From contig JBFWNU010000003.1 of the NCBI GenBank assembly GCA_050250895.1, positions 746,109-810,108 of the forward strand: DNA of 64,000 bases, read 5' to 3'. The stretch comes from Vulcanimicrobiota bacterium (GTDB lineage: Bacteria > Vulcanimicrobiota > Xenobia > Xenobiales > JADMJV01). Shown piece after piece: positions 1 to 9,659 of the stretch (position 1 is the first letter of the stretch; each line of letters begins with the position of its first letter). The notes below the pieces were generated by a model that was not told the origin of the DNA, searched no databases, and worked only from the letters and a program-made list of their open reading frames with translations. Position numbers and translations under genes: made by a program.

Positions 1-171
1 GGCCGAGGCCAGGGCCACCCGCGACCAGTTGGTGGTGCGGGGGTGGGGCGCCTCGGCGACGAGGCTGAGCGTCACGCTGTCAAGAGTTGCCTCGGGTGGG
101 CAGGCCGAAGGCTGGGGCGGCAGACGAAGCGGCCGCGCCGACGGCGAAGTGGGCGTGAACTGGACCCTCAT
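1..171 (-). CDS. Hypothetical protein, 5' part only (runs off window): MRVQFTPTSPSARPLRLPPQPSACPPEATLDSVTLS...
   Basis: Translated by hand; ATG at 171 lies 6 nt after a TAGACT -10-like box; frame open to the window edge; not in the ORF track. Confidence 0.6.
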   Translation of the reverse strand, partial: MRVQFTPTSPSARPLRLPPQPSACPPEATLDSVTLSLVAEAPHPRTTNWSRVALASA

Positions 172-275
172 GGGTCGAGTCTAGCCAGATCGGCCGGGAG
201 AGAGGAGCTGAGGTTGTAAACTTCCCACCGACGAAAGTCACATCGCTTTCGTCAAACTTGCAGTAGGCTGGTGCT

Positions 276-701
276 ATGAAGCGATGGGAAGTCCTGATGT
301 TGATAGCCCTGGTGGCCGTGGTGGCCGGATTCCTTCGGCCTGGGCCGTCGAATCTGGTCAAGCTCGGCGATTTCGCGCTGGGAACGCCGCGCCCCGAGAT
401 CGAGCAATCTCTAGCCGGACAGAATTGGTTCGGCTACGACGATAGGATCCTGTGCGAGCAGACGTTGCTCTTCGCCAACGGACATCTTTGCGCCGTCATC
501 GGGACCGAACTCGAAGTGGGCGACTATACCCTCGAAGCGGGCGAGTACATCGGAGAGGTCGAGCGGATTCTCGGTTCCCCCCGAGCCCAAAAGCGCGACC
601 ATGAGGGCCTGCTCGTGAGCTATGCCGAGGCCGATGTCTGGTTCGCTGATGGCAAGCACGCTACGGAGTTCCGCATCGGCAACTGGGCTCACTGGCCCTG
701 A
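276..701 (+). CDS. Hypothetical membrane-anchored/exported protein
   Basis: N-terminal hydrophobic helix MKRWEVLMLIALVAVVAGFL; TAGGCT box 6 nt upstream of ATG. Confidence 0.7.
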   Translation: MKRWEVLMLIALVAVVAGFLRPGPSNLVKLGDFALGTPRPEIEQSLAGQNWFGYDDRILCEQTLLFANGHLCAVIGTELEVGDYTLEAGEYIGEVERILGSPRAQKRDHEGLLVSYAEADVWFADGKHATEFRIGNWAHWP

Positions 702-1612
702 CCCACTTCCACCTGGCGATCCAGGGACTGATCGGCGAACGAGCAGGGATCCTCCAGCGGCTCGAGATGGGTAAAGATGGTGCTTCCCTCGACCGCCTGG
801 CGGATGTCCGACTCGATGCGCTCGAGCAACTGATGACCGCGCTGAACCGACCATTCTCCTGGTACTAGCACGTGAAACGAGATGAAACTGCGGGCTCCAG
901 CCCGACGGGTGCGCACAGCGTGAAAATCGACCCCGTCGCGGTGGCGATAGCCGTCGAGAATAGCGGTCAGGCTCTCGCGGTCGATCGGGGGTAAGGAAGC
1001 GTCCAGCAATCCCTCGGCGGCTTTGCGCAGGAGGCCGACTCCGGTTCGCAAGACATTAAGGCCCACCAGGCAAGCCACCAGCGGATCCAGCCATTGCCAT
1101 CCGGTGAGCACCACCCCGCCCAGCGCCACCAGTACGCCCAGGGTGGTCCAGATATCGGTGGCCAGGTGATGGGCTTCGCCCTCGAGGGTGAGGGAGCGAT
1201 GAGCCTTGCCGGCCTTCCACAAGATATAGGCCGTCACCCCATTGAGGCCGGCGGCTCCGAGCGAAACCAGCAGCCCTTCGCTCAGGGCGGTCAGCTCTTG
1301 AGGATGCAGGGCGCGACTGGCAGCCGAACCCATGATGCCCAGCGAAGCAAACAGGATGACAGCCCCCTCGAAGCCTCCGGCAAAATACTCGATCTTGCCG
1401 TGCCCGTACTCGTGCTCTTCGTCGGGAGGCTGGGCGGCAAAGCGCAACGAGAAGAAGGCAACGGCCGCTGTGGCCAGATTGGCCAACGACTCGAGGGCGT
1501 CAGACAACAAACCGACCGAGCCGGTCAATTGCGACGCGAACGCCTTCAGGCCCAAAGTGAGCACGGCAACCACCAGCGACAGCAGGGCATATCGGCTCAA
1601 GTCTCGTTCCAC
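689..1612 (-). CDS. Cation diffusion facilitator family transporter (FieF/YiiP-like)
   Basis: SVGLLSDALES, PPDEEHEYGHGKIE and HLATD motifs; 6 TM segments; C-terminal dimerisation domain (HLEP). Confidence 0.93.
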   Translation of the reverse strand: MERDLSRYALLSLVVAVLTLGLKAFASQLTGSVGLLSDALESLANLATAAVAFFSLRFAAQPPDEEHEYGHGKIEYFAGGFEGAVILFASLGIMGSAASRALHPQELTALSEGLLVSLGAAGLNGVTAYILWKAGKAHRSLTLEGEAHHLATDIWTTLGVLVALGGVVLTGWQWLDPLVACLVGLNVLRTGVGLLRKAAEGLLDASLPPIDRESLTAILDGYRHRDGVDFHAVRTRRAGARSFISFHVLVPGEWSVQRGHQLLERIESDIRQAVEGSTIFTHLEPLEDPCSFADQSLDRQVEVGQGQ

Positions 1613-1684
1613 TCTTCAAGCTTCGTTCACAGGCATAGGCAACCTTCCCCAGGGGTCGTTGGTGGAAGGGCCGAAACTGGGCCG

Positions 1685-2728
1685 ATGCCTTTGCACAGCC
1701 AGCGTCTCGAGGCTGGCCCGGTCTCGAGCTTTTATCACTTCGGCCCCGGCTTGTTGGGTCGTCTCGAGCGTTTTGTCGAGCATCATTCCCGGCTGGTGGT
1801 GGTCAGCGATCGCAACGTCGCCGGCCTTTACCAGGCCAAGGTTTCAGTTCCGGCCGAATGGCTGGTGATCGAGCCCGGCGAGGCCAGTAAATCGCTCGAG
1901 CAAGCTCGCGAACTCTATCGCCAATTGGCCCAGCTCAAGGTCGATCGTTCGGCCGGCTTGCTGGCGGTAGGAGGCGGAGTGGTGGGGGACCTGGCTGGTT
2001 TCGTGGCGGCCACCTATCTGCGTGGCATTCCCTTCTATCAGGTGCCCACCAGCCTGTTGGCCATGGTCGACTCTTCCATCGGGGGCAAGGTCGGTGTCGA
2101 CCTGCCCGAGGCCAAGAACCTGGTGGGAGCCTTCTATGCCCCACGCTCGATTCTGGTCGACCCCCACTGCCTGGATACTCTTCCCCAGGAAGAGATCTCG
2201 GCCGGGATGGCCGAGGTGATCAAGCACGCCTTGCTTGATGGGGAAGAACATCTAGCTTCCATCGAGGCCCTCACCCCAGCCCAGCCCACCTGGGAGTTCG
2301 TCTATCCCAGCGCCCAGGTCAAGATGGGTGTGGTGGCCCGCGATCCCAAAGAGGCAGGGGAACGGGCCTATCTCAACCTGGGTCATACCCTGGCCCACGC
2401 CCTCGAGACGGTCTCGGATTATGGCCTCAGCCATGGGCAGGCTGTCTCTATCGGCCTGATTGCAGCGGTGCGCCTGGCCCGTCGCCTGGGACATCTCGAG
2501 GTCGATTACGAGCCACGATTGCTAACGTTGCTGGAGAGATGGCGCTTGCCCACCCGCCTGGAACGAGACTATGGCTGGCCGCAAGTGCTCGAAGTCATGG
2601 CCCGCGACAAGAAGAATCGCGACGGGCAGTTGACCTTCGTGCTGCCGCAGCGCCCGGGTCAGGTTGAAGTGGTACGGGGAGTCGACCCGGCCCGGGTCGA
2701 AGAGGTCTATCGAGGTCTTTGTTCGTGA
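1685..2728 (+). CDS. aroB: 3-dehydroquinate synthase
   Basis: GGGVVGDLAGF, PTSLLAMVDSSIGGK, KNLVGAFY, LNLGHT and DKK motifs; start trimmed to ATG 1685. Confidence 0.95.
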   Translation: MPLHSQRLEAGPVSSFYHFGPGLLGRLERFVEHHSRLVVVSDRNVAGLYQAKVSVPAEWLVIEPGEASKSLEQARELYRQLAQLKVDRSAGLLAVGGGVVGDLAGFVAATYLRGIPFYQVPTSLLAMVDSSIGGKVGVDLPEAKNLVGAFYAPRSILVDPHCLDTLPQEEISAGMAEVIKHALLDGEEHLASIEALTPAQPTWEFVYPSAQVKMGVVARDPKEAGERAYLNLGHTLAHALETVSDYGLSHGQAVSIGLIAAVRLARRLGHLEVDYEPRLLTLLERWRLPTRLERDYGWPQVLEVMARDKKNRDGQLTFVLPQRPGQVEVVRGVDPARVEEVYRGLCS

Positions 2729-3144
2729 AAGCGCTGGTCATCAACGGTCCCAATCTGAATCTGCTCGGCAGCCGCGAACCCGAGGTCTATGGCCGGGTCG
2801 ATTACGCCGGTCTGGTGACGATGATCGAGACCTGGGCCGCTGAACTCGAACTCGAAGTCGAGTGTTTTCAGAGCAACTTCGAGGGCGAATTGCTCGACCG
2901 GCTGCAGGCTGGTGACTACGACTTCGCCGTGCTCAACCCGGGAGCTCTGACCCACACCTCGGTGGCCTTGCGCGATGCTATCTCGGCGGTGGCCAAGCCG
3001 GCCTACGAGGTGCATATTTCCAACCTCTACGCTCGCGAGACCTTTCGGCATCACTCCACCATCAGCCCGGTCTGCGTGGGGGTGCTCAGCGGCCTGGGAT
3101 TGCTCGGTTACAAGCTGGCCCTGACGGCGGGAGCCCAGCGGTGA
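2725..3144 (+). CDS. aroQ: Type II 3-dehydroquinate dehydratase
   Basis: NGPNLNLLGSREPEVYG, NPGALTHTS, EVHISN and RETFRH motifs; GTGA overlap with aroB. Confidence 0.95.
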   Translation: MKALVINGPNLNLLGSREPEVYGRVDYAGLVTMIETWAAELELEVECFQSNFEGELLDRLQAGDYDFAVLNPGALTHTSVALRDAISAVAKPAYEVHISNLYARETFRHHSTISPVCVGVLSGLGLLGYKLALTAGAQR

Positions 3145-4025
3145 GTCTGGTCGGCTTCATCAACCTGCTCAAGCCGCCCTCGATGACCTCGGCCCAGGCC
3201 GTGGCATTCGTGCGGCGCCGTCTGCCCGGGCGGCTGAAAGTGGGTCATCTGGGTACGCTCGACCCCCCGGCGGTGGGCGTTCTGCCGCTGGCCGTGGGCG
3301 CGGCCACCCGCTTGATCCCTTTCTTGCCAGAGGCGCGCAAGGCGTATCGGGCCGAGGTCTTGCTGGGCTACACTTCGGACACCCTCGACCTGGCCGGTCA
3401 GGTGGTCTCGAGCGGGGTCACTCCCGATTTCGAACGGACCGCTATCGAGCGAGCCCTGGCGCCGTTTCGAGGCACCATCATGCAGACTCCCCCGCGGGTC
3501 AGCGCCATTCGGGTGGGAGGCCGCCGCAGCTATGATCGGGCTCGCCAGGGCGAGGATTTCGAGCTGGACGCTCGTCCCACCACCTACTATCAGGTCGAGT
3601 TAGTCGAGGCCGACGGCCCACGTCTGGTGCTCGATGTCGAGTGCGGGTCGGGCACCTATATTCGCTCGTTGGTGCGTGATTTGGGCGAGGCGCTGGGCTG
3701 CGGTGCGGTGCTGTCGTTTCTGATTCGAGTGCGCAGCGGACCCTTCTGGCTGGCCCGAGCGGTGACCCTGGAGGAGGTCCAGGAGGCGGCTCGCACCGAG
3801 ACGTGGGAACGTGTCCTACTGGCCTGCGATGAGGTGCTGTCAGAGTTGCCGCGCTGCCCTGACCCGGGTCAATCCTTTCAGAAAGGGCTCGAGTTGAGGA
3901 TCACTCCCCCCGAGGGGGTGGGTGAGGGAGACCTGGTGCTGGTGGGCGAGACCCTGGGCCGGCTGGTCCATCCCGACGGCCTGGTCAAGACTCTGGCCCG
4001 CGCTCCGAAAGGCTTACGATTATGA
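3141..4025 (+). CDS. truB: tRNA pseudouridine(55) synthase
   Basis: KVGHLGTLDP, QTPPRVSAI and CGSGTYIRSL motifs. Confidence 0.93.
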   Translation: MSLVGFINLLKPPSMTSAQAVAFVRRRLPGRLKVGHLGTLDPPAVGVLPLAVGAATRLIPFLPEARKAYRAEVLLGYTSDTLDLAGQVVSSGVTPDFERTAIERALAPFRGTIMQTPPRVSAIRVGGRRSYDRARQGEDFELDARPTTYYQVELVEADGPRLVLDVECGSGTYIRSLVRDLGEALGCGAVLSFLIRVRSGPFWLARAVTLEEVQEAARTETWERVLLACDEVLSELPRCPDPGQSFQKGLELRITPPEGVGEGDLVLVGETLGRLVHPDGLVKTLARAPKGLRL

Positions 4026-5308
4026 GCTTGCGTGCAGCCATGCTGTCTCCTCATCCGCCCTTGTTGATCCCCGAAATCGGACGGGAGCGAGCGGCCCAGG
4101 TGGCTGCCACCAGCCAGGCCCTCGAGGAATTGGCTGCTCGCGTGGCCAGGCTGGCCCCCCAACGACTGGTGGTGATCACGCCCCACGGCGAGGGGCACCC
4201 GCGCGCTTTGCGGCTCTACGCTGAGCCGGTGGTTCGGGGTGACTTTCGGCGTTTCGGAGCTCCCCAGGTAAGCTTCGAGATCGAGGTCGACCTCGATTTC
4301 ACCACCCGTCTGGCCAGGGTGGCCCGAGCCTCGGGGTTCGACTGTGTGACCGAGGGGGCCGCCCCCCTCGACCACGGGCTCATGGTCCCGCTCTATTTCT
4401 TGCGCCAGGCGGCCGTGCTCACGCCGGTGGTCATCATGTGCGTATCCGACCTGGCACCCCGCCAGCACTATGAGCTGGGGACCGTCCTGAGCGCCGTCAT
4501 CGAAGAAGACCCATCCTCCACCGTGGTGGTGGCCTCGGGAGACCTCAGTCACCGATTGATCGCGAGCGGACCCTATGGGTTTGACCCGGCCGGACCCGAG
4601 TATGACCGTCAGGTCTGTGAAGCGATCGCTCCCCTGCGTCGCCGCAAGTTGATGGACATTCCCGCCGGACTCGAGAACAAGGCTGGGGTCTGTGCCTCGC
4701 GTCCGCTGGGATTGATGCTGGGCATGGTGCCCGAAGGCTTCCGCTCGCGGCTGCTTTCCTACGAGGGACCTTTTGGGGTCGGCTATGCCGTGGTCGAACT
4801 GTCCCCCGAAGTCGAGCCTGTTCGCCTGGCCCGTCGGGCCATCGAAGATTGGGTCAGACATCAACGGATGCTGACTCCCGGGCAAGTTTTCGAGCCTATG
4901 CTCGAGCAGCCCTCGGCCGCCTTTGTGACCCTCAAGCGCGATGGCCAACTGCGGGGTTGCATCGGCACCCTCGAGCCGGTGGCTCGGCGGCTGGCCGACG
5001 AGATCGCCCGCAATGCCGTGGCCGCCTGCTCGCAAGACCATCGATTCTCTCCTCTGACCATCGCCGAACTCGAAGACCTGCAAGTCTCGGTCTCGGCCCT
5101 GCATCCGCCCGAGCCGACCGAGCCCGAGCACCTCGACCCGGCCCGCTACGGAGTGGTGGTCCGGCAGGGGCGCAAACGGGGACTGCTGCTGCCGGGTATC
5201 GAACAGATCCAGACGATCGACGAGCAGCTTTCGGCGGTGCGGCGCAAGGCCGGTATTCGCGGCCAGTTCGACGGACTGTGGCGATTCGAGGTGACGCGAT
5301 GGGATTGA
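4022..5308 (+). CDS. AmmeMemoRadiSam-type fusion: LigB/Memo-like domain + AMMECR1 domain
   Basis: N-terminal PHPPLLIPEIG, LDHG and ASGDLSH; C-terminal FVTLKRDGQLRGCIGT, D(H)RF and GLLLP. Confidence 0.85.
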   Translation: MSLRAAMLSPHPPLLIPEIGRERAAQVAATSQALEELAARVARLAPQRLVVITPHGEGHPRALRLYAEPVVRGDFRRFGAPQVSFEIEVDLDFTTRLARVARASGFDCVTEGAAPLDHGLMVPLYFLRQAAVLTPVVIMCVSDLAPRQHYELGTVLSAVIEEDPSSTVVVASGDLSHRLIASGPYGFDPAGPEYDRQVCEAIAPLRRRKLMDIPAGLENKAGVCASRPLGLMLGMVPEGFRSRLLSYEGPFGVGYAVVELSPEVEPVRLARRAIEDWVRHQRMLTPGQVFEPMLEQPSAAFVTLKRDGQLRGCIGTLEPVARRLADEIARNAVAACSQDHRFSPLTIAELEDLQVSVSALHPPEPTEPEHLDPARYGVVVRQGRKRGLLLPGIEQIQTIDEQLSAVRRKAGIRGQFDGLWRFEVTRWD

Positions 5309-6876
5309 GGCTCAAAGGCCAACTATTGGCTCTCTTTGTCGTTCTCTTTTCCACCGCGCTGTTAATCCTTAGCTACTTCAACCTCAGCGTGCTGAGTCTC
5401 TCCAACACCCTTTCGGCCGAGGAAGGGGCCCGCTCCACTGCCTCCAAGGTGCTCCAGCAGGTCACCAGCCTGGTGCCCCTCGACAGCAGCCAGCCGGCCA
5501 TGGACCTTGCCACTCGCCACGAAGAGGTGGCCGCCGTGCTCGAGACAGAAGAGGTCAAGGCCCTCGAGGTGCTCGGTCCCGATGGCGGTCCTCTGATGAA
5601 GTTCGGGGTTAGCGGCGATGACCCCGAGGCCCGACGCGAGACCCTGCAAGAAGTAGCCCGCAATCGATTGCCCACCGACTATCTGGTGGCCTACGAAGCT
5701 TCGGGCGACTCAGAAGGGCATCGGATCGAGCGTCTCGTTTCGGGTGGCAATCGTCCCGTTAGCTTCGAACTCTACGCGCCTCTCACCGTGATCGGCGCGG
5801 GCTACGCAGGCCCGGCCGGCTTCGTCCACGTCTCGATCGAGATCCCGCGAGCCCCCTTGCGACTCAAGCTGGTGGCCATGATCAACCTGGTGCTGGCGGG
5901 CACCTTTTTGATCACCTCGGTGTTGGCCACCAATCTCTGGGGTGAGCACGCCATCAATCGGCCGCTGGAAGGCCTGGTGGAAGCCATGCATAACCACTTC
6001 CACGCTCAGCCCATGGGAGAGGAGTTGCACTCCAACAACGAGTTGGTCAACCTCTCGAAGACCTTCAACCGGATGGGTCTGGATCTGGTCAAATACCAGC
6101 GAGAACTCGAGGCCAAGACTCATCGCCTCGAGCAGGCCAACGAGCGCTACAAAGCCCTAAACGAGCAACTCGAGCACAAGGTCGAGGAAAAGACCCGCGA
6201 CATGAAGGAGTTCTTTTCGCTGGTCACCCACGACCTGCGCATTCCGCTGGCGGCCATCCAGGGCTATACCGACCTGCTCAAGCGCAAACAAGATCAGCTC
6301 GACGAGAAGCAGGTCAAGTTCGTCAAAAGCATCGGCGTGGCCAACAGCCATGCTCTCGAGCTGGTGCGGAACTTGCTCGAGGCGATGAAATACGAGTTCG
6401 GCGATCCTCAGATCGTCACCCAGCGCTTCGAACTCGACGAACTGGTGGACGAAGTGGTTTCGCAGCTCTCGGCCGAGGAGACGGGTCCCCGCATCGAGGT
6501 CGACCTCGAGGACGACCTGGTGGTCGATGCCGACCGCACTCGCATCAGCCGCGTGCTCACCAACCTAATCGGTAATGCCATGCGTCATTCGTCTTCGAGT
6601 GAACGGGTCGAGGTGCGAGCCCGGCGTCGCGGCGAGAAGGTAGAGCTAGCCGTGGCTGACGACGGTCCCGGCATTTCGGCCGAGCATCTGCCCCTGCTTT
6701 TCGAGAAGTTCAAGCAGTTCCCATCCGAGGCCGGTCCTTCCTCGGGCCTGGGTCTGGGACTTTACATCGTGGGCAAGATCGTGGAAGGCCACGGTTCTAG
6801 AGTCGAGGTCGAGAGCGAACTCGGCAAAGGCACCTGCTTCCGTTTCCTTCTCGACATCTATCAAGAACCCGGCTAG
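5299..6876 (+). CDS. Membrane sensor histidine kinase (2 TM, HAMP-like, HisKA, HATPase)
   Basis: THDLRIPL H-box, NLIGNAMRH N-box, DDGPGI and GLGLGLYI; start trimmed to ATG 5299. Confidence 0.92.
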   Translation: MGLRLKGQLLALFVVLFSTALLILSYFNLSVLSLSNTLSAEEGARSTASKVLQQVTSLVPLDSSQPAMDLATRHEEVAAVLETEEVKALEVLGPDGGPLMKFGVSGDDPEARRETLQEVARNRLPTDYLVAYEASGDSEGHRIERLVSGGNRPVSFELYAPLTVIGAGYAGPAGFVHVSIEIPRAPLRLKLVAMINLVLAGTFLITSVLATNLWGEHAINRPLEGLVEAMHNHFHAQPMGEELHSNNELVNLSKTFNRMGLDLVKYQRELEAKTHRLEQANERYKALNEQLEHKVEEKTRDMKEFFSLVTHDLRIPLAAIQGYTDLLKRKQDQLDEKQVKFVKSIGVANSHALELVRNLLEAMKYEFGDPQIVTQRFELDELVDEVVSQLSAEETGPRIEVDLEDDLVVDADRTRISRVLTNLIGNAMRHSSSSERVEVRARRRGEKVELAVADDGPGISAEHLPLLFEKFKQFPSEAGPSSGLGLGLYIVGKIVEGHGSRVEVESELGKGTCFRFLLDIYQEPG

Positions 6877-6982
6877 CGGCTTTCCGAGGGGGCCGCAATG
6901 CGGGCCATCGGAGTTTAGGATTCTATTTGGGATTGTCGAGCCGGGAGGTGACGTGATGTTGGGACTGGCACGCAACCATCCA

Positions 6983-7726
6983 TCAGCGCATATTGGTTAC
7001 GAAGTCCGTTCGGTTGGTTAGGCGTCTAAAGAGCCCTCTCAGGAGCCCGGGGTAGTCCGTATCTTCCTTGAGCAAGAGTTCTACGCCTTCGGCGCCACTG
7101 CACTTGTATTCTCTCCAAAGTCGCTGTATGGCTCGAAGCCTGAGTTCGACACGACGTTGCTTATTCAGGTCGAAGAGTAAAATCGTCATACTTCCACGCT
7201 CGCTTCCATCGAGTGCTTCAACCTTGCCGTCAATTTGAAGCAAGATGTGCTGCTCCGGGTTGTCTTGACAAGGGTCTAAAAGAGCGGGCTTCTCCCGGGA
7301 CAGGTCCGAACTCGGTCCCATCGCCCTGGTTGACTCGTCCAGAAGTGGGAAGCAACAGCCTTTTCCAAGGGCGCCGGCCGCCGGGCGATACGGATCGATT
7401 CGGCGTTGGTTACAGCCAGAGCAGGCGGGGTAGAGGTTGAGCCATTCATACGCCAACCAATAATAACCTGGATGCGCGGGAGCCTCGAAAACAGCGCTGC
7501 TCGGCCGGAAATGATCAACCTCAAATGTGCCTCCGAGGTATATCTCGCAATAAGCGCATCTGTCGCAGAAGAGTCGGTCGAGGCACTGCTTGACTGGGGG
7601 CGAGCCGTAAATCCGGCTGCTACGGCGGTGCTTATTACCGTCTGCTCTCGCTCGCCTGGACCACGTGGCGAGCATCACCGCGGATTCTTCCGGTAACTCT
7701 ACCTGGCTGCGATCTACATACCTCAC
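6983..7726 (-). CDS. HNH endonuclease (PtuB/Septu-like partner)
   Basis: CAYCE...EVDHFRP...GYYWLAYEWLNLYPACSGCN; GTGA-coupled to the upstream ATPase. Confidence 0.88.
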   Translation of the reverse strand: MRYVDRSQVELPEESAVMLATWSRRARADGNKHRRSSRIYGSPPVKQCLDRLFCDRCAYCEIYLGGTFEVDHFRPSSAVFEAPAHPGYYWLAYEWLNLYPACSGCNQRRIDPYRPAAGALGKGCCFPLLDESTRAMGPSSDLSREKPALLDPCQDNPEQHILLQIDGKVEALDGSERGSMTILLFDLNKQRRVELRLRAIQRLWREYKCSGAEGVELLLKEDTDYPGLLRGLFRRLTNRTDFVTNMR

Positions 7727-9546
7727 GTCGTAAGAAGAGTCTGGGTCAAACGGCTAAGCTCTAGCCGTTCCTCGGGACTAAGGCAGTCTGCGGACTTGTT
7801 CATTAGTTCCTTCCAACGGTCAATCTCCCGTTGTCTTTGCGGGGGGTAGATTGTCGCATCGAAGAGTTCGGGGTCCGAAGTAATATCATCAATCGTCATG
7901 CCGGTCATCCTTGGTGCTAAATGCCAGGCAATGGTGTTCTTCTCTCTCTTCAGTACAATCAGTTCGTCCGGCTCTACTCCAAGGGCCAGAATTGGGCTGT
8001 GGGTCGTTCCCACCAACGTCAGAAGCGGAAAGGCCGCCTTTAGCTGCTGCATCAGTTCGACCTGAAGTTTCGGGTGAAGGTTGAGCTCCAGTTCGTCAAT
8101 CAGGAGTATGCCGCAAGGCATTGGGGGATCTGAGGCCAACTCGCTCTGAAGGAACGCCGCCAGCCAAAGGTCCAGGAACCATTGTAGAGTCAGCCTGTAG
8201 CCATCAGCCCAGCTTGACAGGGGAAACTCAGTGCCCCCATGAAACACTTGGTACGCACCTCGGGCATCCGCTGAGATTGAAAAGTCCTCTAGCTTCATGC
8301 TTCTTTTGAAACTGTCAATCAGCCACACGGCCAGGTCCGGTCGTGCGCTTCGGAGCCTCAATAACGCGGTCTCGGAGTCCACCATCGGAACGTTGTATCG
8401 GAATAACGACGAGACCGCTCTGATCTTTGGGTCGTCTCGTAGATTCACTGTTCCATCTGTGTTTCGGCCAGATCCGTATGCGTATACCCGTACAAGCGCC
8501 CGCTCGGAGGGAGTCCCTAATGTCTCGATTAGTTCCGAGCCATCCGGTTGTCCTCGAATCTTGGCGATGAATGACAGGGTTTCTCCCTCAGCGCTCAGGC
8601 GAACCTCTACTGTGCCTTCCTGTTCTGAGTCACGCAGCATACGGGCCATCGGAGTAGAGAGGAGAGTTTGAGCCTGCGCCTGAGGCAACATAGCCAGGGC
8701 CACGCACCTCAAGATAGTGCTCTTCCCTGTACCGTTTGCTCCGATAATCATCGCTGAACTCAGTCCATCATCGGACGCTTGCCAGTTGAAGTCCTCGAAG
8801 CCGCGGATGTTCGTAAGCTTCAGGGCCTTCAACCTTGGCCGTGAAATCAAGGTGACCGGCTTACTCTGAGGGAGACTGGCGTGCTCGACCGACATTTCAT
8901 CTCGGACGGAACGAGCCCATTGGTCGGCCAATGTTCTGAATTCCGAGATGGTCTTGACGGTAACGCTCTCGTGGGAGCGATCGCGGCCAGGTCTCAACTC
9001 ACAGGTCGCTCCGACATTCGAAGGAGAAAACCTCGCCGTATAGTTCTCCCCACCAAAGCTCAGCTTCACCTCCAAGTTCGTGTCGGAGTCCTCCCAAACA
9101 GCGGTTTCTAGGGAGATGTTCTCAGTCTTCAGGGCTTTAGCTATAGCGTTGAGTTCGCGCCGTGTGGCCGTCACGAGGAGCGCTTTCTTGCGAGAACTAA
9201 CTTCGGTAGGCCACTCCTCGAAGGTTTTTCGGAGCTCCGCGACGCGTCGGGCCCAGGCGCCAAAGGCGCTTTCAACGTCCGCGAATTTGGGCGCAGCCAG
9301 CTGGCCCGTTTCGAAGGGACGCAACCCGGGGTTAAAGGCTATGTCTCGGTGCTCACCCTGAATAGCGCCACAGGCGAACCAGCTGCCGCTCCGCAGGTCG
9401 CAAAGTAGATCAGATGTTCGCAGGGAGGAATGCCTGGCATAGCGGGGCACGGGAAGTGCTTTGCTCCAGCTGAAGCTCGCAGGGTCGAGCCCGTGCTGTA
9501 CCAGGAGCGCGAGTAGATGCTCTCTCTGGGATTTCTTAAGATGCAC
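7723..9546 (-). CDS. ABC-type (AAA_21-like) ATPase, PtuA/Septu-like, with ~230-aa N-terminal extension
   Basis: Walker A GANGTGKS, signature-like SSWADGYR, Walker B LLIDELELNLHP, H-loop TTHSP. Confidence 0.88.
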   Translation of the reverse strand: MHLKKSQREHLLALLVQHGLDPASFSWSKALPVPRYARHSSLRTSDLLCDLRSGSWFACGAIQGEHRDIAFNPGLRPFETGQLAAPKFADVESAFGAWARRVAELRKTFEEWPTEVSSRKKALLVTATRRELNAIAKALKTENISLETAVWEDSDTNLEVKLSFGGENYTARFSPSNVGATCELRPGRDRSHESVTVKTISEFRTLADQWARSVRDEMSVEHASLPQSKPVTLISRPRLKALKLTNIRGFEDFNWQASDDGLSSAMIIGANGTGKSTILRCVALAMLPQAQAQTLLSTPMARMLRDSEQEGTVEVRLSAEGETLSFIAKIRGQPDGSELIETLGTPSERALVRVYAYGSGRNTDGTVNLRDDPKIRAVSSLFRYNVPMVDSETALLRLRSARPDLAVWLIDSFKRSMKLEDFSISADARGAYQVFHGGTEFPLSSWADGYRLTLQWFLDLWLAAFLQSELASDPPMPCGILLIDELELNLHPKLQVELMQQLKAAFPLLTLVGTTHSPILALGVEPDELIVLKREKNTIAWHLAPRMTGMTIDDITSDPELFDATIYPPQRQREIDRWKELMNKSADCLSPEERLELSRLTQTLLTT

Positions 9547-9659
9547 CAGCCTAGACTTCCGTGTTTTGTTTATAGCTCCCTCCTGTATATGCGCTTCCCG
9601 AACCCGGACCGCCCTCAGCTTTCCGAAAACTTTCAGACCGATTGCCTAGACTACCGGTA

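Noticed and set aside
1094-1684. Long N-terminal extensions given by the ORF track (aroB, kinase 4849, flavin reductase 18837, dehydratase 35426, DUF1501, DUF1800, 47341)
   Set aside because: Extensions overlap other well-supported genes; downstream starts give proper family lengths and coupled overlaps
6964-6980. Sigma54 promoter (TGGCACG) here and at ~11749
   Set aside because: The -12 TTGC element is missing at the required spacing
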